Source: a virus (Duplodnaviria > Caudoviricetes). From it: a DNA stretch of 41,900 nucleotides. The stretch spans positions 1-41,900 of the IMG/VR virus record IMGVR_UViG_3300024909_000001; one strand, given 5' to 3'. The stretch's first letter is position 1. The number at the start of each line of letters is the position of its first letter. The translations under genes and the position numbers were made by a program. The notes beneath the pieces are model-generated. The model was not told the DNA's origin and ran no database searches. It saw only the letters and a list, made by a program, of their open reading frames with translations. Below are positions 35,526-41,900 of this stretch, in pieces.

Positions 35526-35752
35526 GCCCCCACCTCGCCGCCGTCGCCGCCGGCTGGCGCCAGGCCGAGCAGCGCCAGTTCAGCGCCTGCAACCACTGCG
35601 ACCACCACACCTGGGCCGAGCGCGAGCTGCGCTGCGGCTGCCCGGCCCTCGTCTATGCCGGCCAGGCCCGGCCCGTGCATGTGGTGCGCCAGCTGCACGG
35701 GGGCTGCGGCCCCGAGGCCATCCACATGAGCGCGCCCTGGCTCAAGCACTGA
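35522..35752 (+). CDS. Small Cys-rich hypothetical protein
   Basis: ATGA overlap; C..C...C..P...CGPEA. Confidence 0.65.
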   Translation: MSPHLAAVAAGWRQAEQRQFSACNHCDHHTWAERELRCGCPALVYAGQARPVHVVRQLHGGCGPEAIHMSAPWLKH

Positions 35753-35778
35753 GCGAGCCCCTGCAAGGAGCACCAGCC

Positions 35779-36096
35779 ATGCACAGCAACTCTGGCAAGC
35801 CCACACCCAGCACCGAGGAACTGCAGGCCGCCTGGCGCGCCGTGGCCAGGCGCGACTGGCCGCCTCTGCACGAGCTGGCCCAGGCCGCCGCGCGCTACGA
35901 GCTGGTGCTTGGCACCGCGGCACGCCGCGCGCGTGGCGCAGTGCAAACGCCTGCACCGCGGGCTCTCCCGCCCAACGTCAACCCTCCAGCGCCCGTCGTG
36001 CGGCCCCCTGTGCCGCCGGGCCCGCCTCGCCCCCATCACCCGCCCATCTTCGACCGCAAGCGCGCGGCCTCGGGCGAGCGGCCCGACGACGAGTAA
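35779..36096 (+). CDS. Hypothetical protein (ends FDRKRAASGE)
   Basis: AAGGAG RBS. Confidence 0.7.
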   Translation: MHSNSGKPTPSTEELQAAWRAVARRDWPPLHELAQAAARYELVLGTAARRARGAVQTPAPRALPPNVNPPAPVVRPPVPPGPPRPHHPPIFDRKRAASGERPDDE

Positions 36097-36126
36097 CCCC
36101 TCTCTCCAATCGCTAGAAAGGCACCA

Positions 36127-38061
36127 ATGACCACCACTGACACGCCCGAGGCCACCAAGCCCGCCCTGCAGCAAGAAGCCGCGCTGCACATCCCCCTGGG
36201 CCTGCTCGCCCCCAGCCCCACCAACCCGCGCCGCAAGTTCGACCAGGCCAAGCTCGAAGAGCTGGCCGAAGGCATCAAGGAACTCGGCGGCGTGTTCCAG
36301 CCCATCCTCGCCCGGCCCAACCCCGCCCACCGCGAGGGCAACGGCCAGCCGCCCTATGAGATCGTGGCCGGCGAGCGCCGCTGGCGCGCCAGCAAGATCG
36401 CCGGCATGACCACGCTGCTCGCGCTGGTGCGCCCGCTAAGCGATCGCCTGGCCCTGCAGATCCAGCTCAAGGAAAACGTGGACCGCGAGAGCCTCCACGA
36501 GCTGGAGGAGGCCGAGGGCATCAAGCGCCTGATGACCGAGACCGGCACCACCGTGGACGAAGTGGCCCACATGCTCAACAAGGGCCGGCGCTGGGTGTTC
36601 GGCCGGCTCGCGCTGCTGAACCTATGCCCGGCCGCCCGCGAGGCCTTCCTGGCCGACAAGTTCAAAGCCACCGTGGCCGGCCTGCTGGCCACCATCCCTG
36701 ACCACAGCGAGCAGGCTGCCGCCACCGCCAGCATCGTGCAGGGCTTTGGCGGCGAGCCCTACAGCTTCCGCTCCGCGGCCGAGTTCCTGCGCAAGGAATA
36801 CATGCTCAAGCTGGCTAGCGCGCCGTTTGACATCACCGCCACCTTCGATGTGGCCGGCCCATGCGGCCAGTGCAGCAAGCGCACCGGCGCCAACCCCGAC
36901 CTCTTCGGCGATGACGTGAAGGCCGGCGACATGTGCCAGGACCGCAGCTGCTTCCGCGCCAAGGAAGACGAGGCCCACGAGCGCAAGCTCGAAGCCGCCC
37001 GCGCTGCTGGCCACACCATCCTGGTCGGCGCCGATGCGCGCAAGCTCATGCCCTCGCCCACCTACCTGCCGCTGGGCTACTACTGGTTTGACCAGCCGCT
37101 GCCCGCCCTCACTGCCGACCCGCGCCCTCTGCGCGAGATCTTCGGCAGCAAGCAGCGCGACGTGCTCACGCTGGACATGTCCAGCAGCGGCGTGATCAGC
37201 CTGGTGCCCGAGGCCAGCGCCAAGAAGCTGCTCAAGACCAAGGGCCTGCTGCGGCCGCAAGCGCCCATCGCTCCGCCGCCGCGCATCAGCGATGCGGCAG
37301 CGGCTGCACCGCAGGCGCAGGCGCCCGCACCGGCGCCCAGCGGCACTGTGGAGCGTGCTGCGCCAGCTGCTGCGCCCCAGCCCACACCGGCTCGCGTGCT
37401 GGCCAACATGTCCGAGGCTCGCGCTGGCAAGCTCTTCGGCCAGGCCGTGTTCAAGCGCATCCGCGAGGGCCTGCAGGCGTCCCAGGTGCTGCCCGTCAAG
37501 GCGCTCTGCCTGCTGATCCTGGCGCGCCTGGATGACACCTGCTCGGCCGAGGGCTTCGAGCTGCTCTACACCGGCCACGGCTGGGAGCTGCCCAGCAGCG
37601 AGGCAGGCCACCACGCCACCTACCTGGCCGATGTGGAGCATCGCCTCAACGACATGGGCCCGACCCAGCTGGGCGAGCTGCTCATCGAAACGCTGGTGAT
37701 CGAGGAGCTGACCGATCACAGCTGCGCCCAAGACGTTGAGCTGAGCGACTGGCTCAACGCGCCCACCTACTCGCTGATGTGCGAGCTGGGCATCGAGCAC
37801 ACCCTCGGCGAGCTGGAGGCCGCCGCGGACGAGCAAGGCTTCCAGGAAGTGCGCGACGAAGAGGCCAAGCGCATGGGCCACACCGACGCCACCAGCGCAT
37901 TCGTGCAGGCGCACGCGCCCAGCAAGACCAAGGCGCCGGTGAAGTACCGCAACGCCATGACCGGCGAGACCTGGAGCGGCCGCGGCCTGCAGCCCAAGTG
38001 GATGAAGGTAGCGATCGCCGATGGCGCGCGGTTGGAAGACTTCGTGGTCTCGGGTGCCTGA
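36127..38061 (+). CDS. ParB/RepB/Spo0J-family protein with a C-terminal H-NS-type DNA-binding domain
   Basis: NPRR, FQPILAR, EIVAGERRWRA and ENVDRE ParB motifs; C..C..C..C region; C-terminal KYRN..TGETWSGRGLQPKW. Confidence 0.88.
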   Translation: MTTTDTPEATKPALQQEAALHIPLGLLAPSPTNPRRKFDQAKLEELAEGIKELGGVFQPILARPNPAHREGNGQPPYEIVAGERRWRASKIAGMTTLLALVRPLSDRLALQIQLKENVDRESLHELEEAEGIKRLMTETGTTVDEVAHMLNKGRRWVFGRLALLNLCPAAREAFLADKFKATVAGLLATIPDHSEQAAATASIVQGFGGEPYSFRSAAEFLRKEYMLKLASAPFDITATFDVAGPCGQCSKRTGANPDLFGDDVKAGDMCQDRSCFRAKEDEAHERKLEAARAAGHTILVGADARKLMPSPTYLPLGYYWFDQPLPALTADPRPLREIFGSKQRDVLTLDMSSSGVISLVPEASAKKLLKTKGLLRPQAPIAPPPRISDAAAAAPQAQAPAPAPSGTVERAAPAAAPQPTPARVLANMSEARAGKLFGQAVFKRIREGLQASQVLPVKALCLLILARLDDTCSAEGFELLYTGHGWELPSSEAGHHATYLADVEHRLNDMGPTQLGELLIETLVIEELTDHSCAQDVELSDWLNAPTYSLMCELGIEHTLGELEAAADEQGFQEVRDEEAKRMGHTDATSAFVQAHAPSKTKAPVKYRNAMTGETWSGRGLQPKWMKVAIADGARLEDFVVSGA

Positions 38062-38063
38062 CC

Positions 38064-39032
38064 ATGAGCGCCGCCACCAACATCGAGTGGGCCGATTCCA
38101 CCTTCAACCCGTGGGAAGGCTGCCAGAAGGTCGGCCCCGGCTGCGATCACTGCTATGCCGAGGCGCGCAACGCGCGCTTCGGTGGCGGGCAGGCCAGCAA
38201 CTGGGGCCCAGGCGCGCCGCGGCGCCGCACCAGCGCCAGCAACTGGGGCTTGCCCCTCCGCTGGGACGCCAAGCGCTTCATGCAGTGCGACAAGTGCGGC
38301 TGGCGCGGCGAGTGCGCGGCCGAGCTGATCGGCTGCGGCGCCTGTGGCTGCATCGATCAGCTGCGCGACGTGCGGCGCCGCGTGTTCTGTGCCAGCCTGG
38401 GCGATATCTTCGACAACCAGGTGCCCTTCGCCTGGCGCGTGGAACTGTTCCAGCTGATCGGCCGCACCTCCAACATTGACTGGCTGCTGCTCACCAAGCG
38501 AATCGGCCTGGCCCGCCAGATGCTCAATGAGGTGGTGGAGGAGCTGTCTCACGGACTCAACACCTGGGATGAGCGCCCGTGGCCCGGCGTCTGGATCGGC
38601 GCCACGGTGGTCAACCAGGAGGAGGCCGATCGCGATCTGCCCAAGCTCATGCAGACCCCAGCCAGCAGGCGATTCCTGAGCATGGAGCCGCTGCTTGGGC
38701 TGGTGGACCTCGGGCTAGATTGCCCGTGGGTCGTCTCGCTGGATGGCCGCCCGCTGGACTGGGTGATCGTCGGCGGCGAGAGCGGCCCCAGCGCACGGCC
38801 GATGCGCGCCCAGTGGGCGCAAAGCCTGCGCGATCAGTGCGCTGCCGCTGGCGTTCCGTTCCTGTTCAAGCAATGGGGCGAGCACCTGGGCGAGAAGCAA
38901 GACGGCAACTTCGCCCACGAGCCCATGGAGCTCAACGCCACTGACGATCCGGTGCGCGTTGGCAAGAAGGCCGCCGGCCGCCTGCTCGACGGCCGCACAC
39001 ATGACGGATTCCCGGAGGCCCACCATGCCTAA
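38064..39032 (+). CDS. Phage Gp37Gp68 (DUF5131) radical-SAM-like protein
   Basis: IEWADSTFNPWEGCQKVGPGCDHCYA, LLLTKR, FLSMEPLLG, WVIVGGESG and FLFKQWG motifs. Confidence 0.92.
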   Translation: MSAATNIEWADSTFNPWEGCQKVGPGCDHCYAEARNARFGGGQASNWGPGAPRRRTSASNWGLPLRWDAKRFMQCDKCGWRGECAAELIGCGACGCIDQLRDVRRRVFCASLGDIFDNQVPFAWRVELFQLIGRTSNIDWLLLTKRIGLARQMLNEVVEELSHGLNTWDERPWPGVWIGATVVNQEEADRDLPKLMQTPASRRFLSMEPLLGLVDLGLDCPWVVSLDGRPLDWVIVGGESGPSARPMRAQWAQSLRDQCAAAGVPFLFKQWGEHLGEKQDGNFAHEPMELNATDDPVRVGKKAAGRLLDGRTHDGFPEAHHA

Positions 39033-39834
39033 GCCCAAGTGCGAATGCACGAGCTATTGCGGCGACGATCCCCGCGTGGCCACGCGCCAGGTCACACCCT
39101 GCGAGACCAAGCAACGCGAGCGCGAGGCGCGCCTGGCGCAGACGCGCACCACCGAGCTGCTGGCCAAGGCCGGCCACGAGGGCAACATCGTGGCCGCGCT
39201 GGAGGATCTGCTGGCTACCAGGGCCGCGCTCGACGCCGCCTACCTGGAGCGCAACCAGGTGGTCGCCGCGCTGGCGCGCTGCTTCCCGGCCGGCATCGCA
39301 CAAACACCCATCGAGGGCTGGGCGCCCGAGTGGTGGGGCTGCGTGTACATCGACCTGCCCACCGGCCAGGCCAGCTGGCACTTCCACACGCGCGAGGCGC
39401 ATCTGTTCGCCGGCCTGCCGCCCTACGCGGGTAAGTGGGACGGCCACACCACACCGGAGAAATACGCGCGCCTGGCCCGGCTGGCCGATACCGCGCTCGA
39501 CAGCTCTGTGTCGGCCGCCATCATGGTTCTGGCCGAGCGACGCCGCCAGGTCGAGGTCGAAGGCTGGACGCCGGAGCATGACGATGAGCACGCTGACGGA
39601 TCGATGGCCCTTGCGGCCGGCTGCTACGCGATGCACCACGACGATCCGGGGCTGAAGGGCGCGCCCGCTTGGTGGCCCTGGCACGCCGGCTGGTGGAAGC
39701 CCGCCGACCCGCTCCGCAACCTCATCAAGGCCGGCGCGCTGATCCTCGCCGAGATTGAGCGGCGGGCTCGGCGTGAGCGCCACCACGGCATCGGCGAATC
39801 TAGTCCCCCGGTACAACCCACGGGAGGCGCGTGA
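39025..39834 (+). CDS. Multi-domain hypothetical phage protein
   Basis: IDLPTGQASWH...WDGHTT module fused to an ERRRQ..EGWTPEHDD...WWKP...RNLIKAGALILAEIER module. Confidence 0.8.
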   Translation: MPKPKCECTSYCGDDPRVATRQVTPCETKQREREARLAQTRTTELLAKAGHEGNIVAALEDLLATRAALDAAYLERNQVVAALARCFPAGIAQTPIEGWAPEWWGCVYIDLPTGQASWHFHTREAHLFAGLPPYAGKWDGHTTPEKYARLARLADTALDSSVSAAIMVLAERRRQVEVEGWTPEHDDEHADGSMALAAGCYAMHHDDPGLKGAPAWWPWHAGWWKPADPLRNLIKAGALILAEIERRARRERHHGIGESSPPVQPTGGA

Positions 39835-40454
39835 TGTTTGGACTCACGAAGCGCGAGCAGCGCTGGAAAGCAGAGCAGCAGGCCGCCGAACTGCTGCTGG
39901 GGTTCGTCGGCACGACAATCAAGGCCGCCGCGGCCGTGCGAGTCGCAGAGGCAGAGTCCGACGCTGAGTTGACCCGCCTGCGCGAAGATAACGCCGGCCT
40001 CGTCCGAGACCTGCAGTTGAGCACCCGCGTCATCAACATGCAGCTCCAGACCATTAAGGAACTGGAAGCGCAGCTCGCCGCCCACTCGGACGCGCAGGCA
40101 CAAGCCACCGCTCCCCACTTCGACATGCTGGCCCACCTGCGCCGGCAGGCTGAGTTCTCCGAGCAGACCTTCGGCCCCGGCGCCCGCGTGGAGGGCGTCA
40201 CCGACCACATCGCCAAGGAGCTGATCGAGGTCCGCGAGAGTGGCGGTGCGCTCAGTGAATGGGTGGATGTGATCATCCTCGGCTTCGATGGCGCCTGGCG
40301 CAGCGGCGCCACGCCCGAGCAGATCTGCGAGGCCATCGTGGCCAAGCAGACCAAGAACGAAAGCCGCAACTGGCCCGACTGGCGCACGGCGCCAGCAGGC
40401 AAGGCGATCGAGCATGACCGCAGCGCGGACGGCAATGTCCAGGAGGGCTCATGA
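39831..40454 (+). CDS. dATP/dGTP pyrophosphohydrolase-domain protein (DUF550, MazG-like)
   Basis: FSEQTFGP...HIAKELIE...EWVDVIILGFDGAWR...RNWPDWR. Confidence 0.85.
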   Translation: MMFGLTKREQRWKAEQQAAELLLGFVGTTIKAAAAVRVAEAESDAELTRLREDNAGLVRDLQLSTRVINMQLQTIKELEAQLAAHSDAQAQATAPHFDMLAHLRRQAEFSEQTFGPGARVEGVTDHIAKELIEVRESGGALSEWVDVIILGFDGAWRSGATPEQICEAIVAKQTKNESRNWPDWRTAPAGKAIEHDRSADGNVQEGS

Positions 40455-40621
40455 ACGCCTACGACCAAGGCCGTGATGCCGCCGCCCGCGGCCTCACCCA
40501 GGCCGACAACCCATACGCACCTGACTCGTCGGCTTGGGCCGACTGGCGGCGCGGGTTCTCGGATCAAACCACGGGCGCCTATTCCAAGGCGCTCATCGAA
40601 GGCAATGTGAGGCTGTCATGA
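40451..40621 (+). CDS. Rmf/CrpP-like small protein, 56 aa (MNAYDQGRDAAARGLTQADNPYAPDSSAWADWRRGF...); not in the ORF track
   Basis: AGGAGG RBS, ATGA overlaps at both ends; AYxxG...G...NPY...WxxG pattern. Confidence 0.75.
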   Translation: MNAYDQGRDAAARGLTQADNPYAPDSSAWADWRRGFSDQTTGAYSKALIEGNVRLS

Positions 40622-41100
40622 GCAAGCGCCGCCCCGCCACCAAGGCCGAGCTGCTCGCCCGCATGCCTCGCGCCTTCCGCCCCAAGCTCGACGCCGCCCA
40701 GGTGCGCGATCTCGGCCTGGTGCACATCGTCAACCTCGACACCATCGTGCGCGGTGAAGGTGACTTCGCGCTGCTCATGGAGTGGGTCGAGAGCGTGTTC
40801 CTGTGGTCCAGGGTCGCCGAGCTGCTACAGGCCGGCGTCGAGGAGATGACCGAGCAGCTGCACCTGGCCCACGCCATGATCCAGCGCTACGACCGCACAG
40901 GTCGCGTCGGCTTCAGCGGCGAGGAGTACCAGCTGGCCAAGGACGGCATCAGCGTGATGGACCAGTTGGCTGAGCTAACCGACCGCCCCACGGCCGTGGC
41001 GGCGGCCAACTGGTCAGAAGCGCTGGTGGCCGGCCTGGCCGACGAGCGCGCCCAGCGGGCGCAACAAGAGTCAGCAGCAGTCGAAAGGATCGCAGCATGA
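40618..41100 (+). CDS. Hypothetical phage protein (RYDRTGRVGFSGEE)
   Basis: ATGA coupling on both sides. Confidence 0.75.
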   Translation: MSKRRPATKAELLARMPRAFRPKLDAAQVRDLGLVHIVNLDTIVRGEGDFALLMEWVESVFLWSRVAELLQAGVEEMTEQLHLAHAMIQRYDRTGRVGFSGEEYQLAKDGISVMDQLAELTDRPTAVAAANWSEALVAGLADERAQRAQQESAAVERIAA

Positions 41101-41342
41101 TCGGCACCCAACCCACCGGCGCGATCGACGGCGTCGTGATCAGTGCAGTCAGCCACGAGGGGCTCAGCGTCACCGTTGACGGCAAGCCGGCCCGCCTGGC
41201 CATCGTCACCGAAGACGGCCGCGTGATCGCCGCCGGCCAGCAGGTGGCACGCGAGGCTGAGGCCGTGGCCATCAACAGCTACCGCCAGATGCTGCAGGGC
41301 AAGGGCTGGCTGCGCGTACTGAGCAAGCCGATCACGCAATAA
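41097..41342 (+). CDS. Hypothetical protein (81 aa)
   Basis: ATGA overlap. Confidence 0.7.
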   Translation: MIGTQPTGAIDGVVISAVSHEGLSVTVDGKPARLAIVTEDGRVIAAGQQVAREAEAVAINSYRQMLQGKGWLRVLSKPITQ

Positions 41343-41351
41343 GATCGGCGC

Positions 41352-41555
41352 ATGAAGTACATCTATCACTACCTCGCGGTGGTGCACCTCAATGGAACCA
41401 CCGCTCACGTAGACGGTATCGTCACCCTGGAAGAGCGGCCCACCTCACAGCAGCAGTACAGGCAGCTCAAGGGAATGCTCGTCAAGGACGACGAGCGCTT
41501 GCAGGGCGGGCAGGTCGTCATCCATAACCTGTCCCTCATCTACGAAGGCGAGTAG
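41352..41555 (+). CDS. Hypothetical protein (67 aa), last phage gene before attR
   Basis: ORF followed by a terminator. Confidence 0.65.
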   Translation: MKYIYHYLAVVHLNGTTAHVDGIVTLEERPTSQQQYRQLKGMLVKDDERLQGGQVVIHNLSLIYEGE

Positions 41556-41573
41556 CCAGATAGGCCGATAAGC

Positions 41574-41598
41574 AGCCCGCACCACGCGGGCTTTTTTT
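41574..41598 (+). terminator. Phage terminator insulating the rebuilt riboswitch
   Basis: AGCCCGC-accac-GCGGGCT-TTTTTT. Confidence 0.85.
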
Positions 41599-41605
41599 CG
41601 TGCCA

Positions 41606-41611
41606 TAGAAT
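41606..41611 (+). promoter_or_regulatory. Phage-supplied -10 element for the rebuilt riboswitch and host gene
   Basis: TAGAAT, mirroring host 92-97; followed by a 5' hairpin GTCGCCAC/GTGGCGGC (41618-41638). Confidence 0.55.
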
Positions 41612-41639
41612 CCACCCGTCGCCACCGTGTGTGGCGGCA

Positions 41640-41768
41640 TTCGCTAGGGGTGCTGGCTCATTGCATGAGCCGGCTGAGATAGTCCCTTTGAACCTGATCG
41701 GCGGCCCTGGCCGCCATGCCAGCATTGTTTTACTTTGTTGGCACGAGGTAATCCTCGCGCAGGGAAGC
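41640..41768 (+). ncRNA. Chimeric TPP riboswitch: phage 5' part + about 45-nt insert + host P5/P4/P1 3' part
   Basis: All thi-box hallmarks are present (CTAGGGGTGC, GCTGAGA, CCCTTTGAACCTGAT, CGAGG-TAAT-CCTCG, CGCAGGGAAG), with a two-hairpin insert at 41699-41743. Confidence 0.88.
41729..41768. other. attR (phage P arm TTTACTTTGTTGGC + core GAGGTAA 41745-41751 + host B' half)
   Basis: Core repeat and inverted arm as described for attL. Confidence 0.85.
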
Positions 41769-41808
41769 AAGTCAGCAAGAGGGCCTCGCAGCCCCGTCTG
41801 TTTTGCCG

Positions 41809-41838
41809 CCCTGCCATCGAATGAGTAGGACGATGGCA
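41809..41838 (+). promoter_or_regulatory. Riboswitch expression platform: RBS/ATG sequestering hairpin
   Basis: TGCCATCG (41812-41819) pairs with CGATGGCA (41831-41838), covering the ATG and looping AGGA. CCCTGC (41809-41814) can alternatively pair with aptamer GCAGGG (41759-41764). Confidence 0.7.
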
Positions 41839-41900
41839 CATTCATTTCATTTCTCCCGTATCGCAATCGCCAGCGCCGCCGCGCTGAGCTGTGGCCTGAG
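41833..41900 (+). CDS. Host TPP-regulated exported protein, N-terminus only (MAHSFHFSRIAIASAAALSCGL...); possibly a thiamine uptake receptor or binding protein
   Basis: AGGA RBS, signal-peptide-like N-terminus, downstream of a TPP riboswitch; truncated by the window edge. Confidence 0.55.
   Translation, partial: MAHSFHFSRIAIASAAALSCGL

Larger units (their letters stand above)
166..41751. mobile_element. Complete lambda-like (cos, GpA terminase, non-contractile tail) temperate prophage integrated in a TPP riboswitch
   Basis: Integrase, lysis, tail, head, packaging, replication and immunity modules are all present in canonical order. Joining 1-172 to 41752 onward restores a canonical TPP aptamer. 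Confidence 0.93.

Noticed and set aside
37779-38063. Upstream extensions of ORF-track calls (also 4765-5022, 35485-35778, 40534-40617)
   Set aside because: They overlap neighbouring genes; downstream ATGs with RBS or stop-start coupling fit better.

Overview
The window is almost entirely one apparently complete, GC-rich, lambda-like temperate siphophage prophage (about 166-41751, 41,579 bp between the two 7-bp cores). The host is probably a Burkholderiales betaproteobacterium, inferred from composition and gene content. Order: large serine integrase; a small moron; lysis, tail, head and packaging genes on the - strand with a cos site; Q-like antiterminator; origin and primase-helicase; cII, cro and cI switch; and an early + strand operon (ParB-H-NS fusion, Gp37Gp68/DUF5131, DUF550, Rmf/CrpP-like). 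Main finding: the integrase has inserted the phage into the P5 loop (GAGGTAA core) of a host TPP (thi-box) riboswitch. The phage right end carries its own terminator, -10 element and a 54/59-nt copy of the 5' two-thirds of the aptamer, so attR rebuilds a riboswitch upstream of the displaced host gene. The attP arm lies inside a two-hairpin insertion in that rebuilt aptamer, while the host promoter and a truncated aptamer now sit upstream of the integrase. Secondary findings: two identical 63-bp hairpin/promoter/RBS cassettes driving antisense paralogous genes, a three-gene Asp-box propeller cassette in the head module, a structured-leader 47-aa moron, and a Cor/Llp-like lipoprotein next to the tail-tip gene. 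All family calls come from visual motif recognition; no database searches were run.
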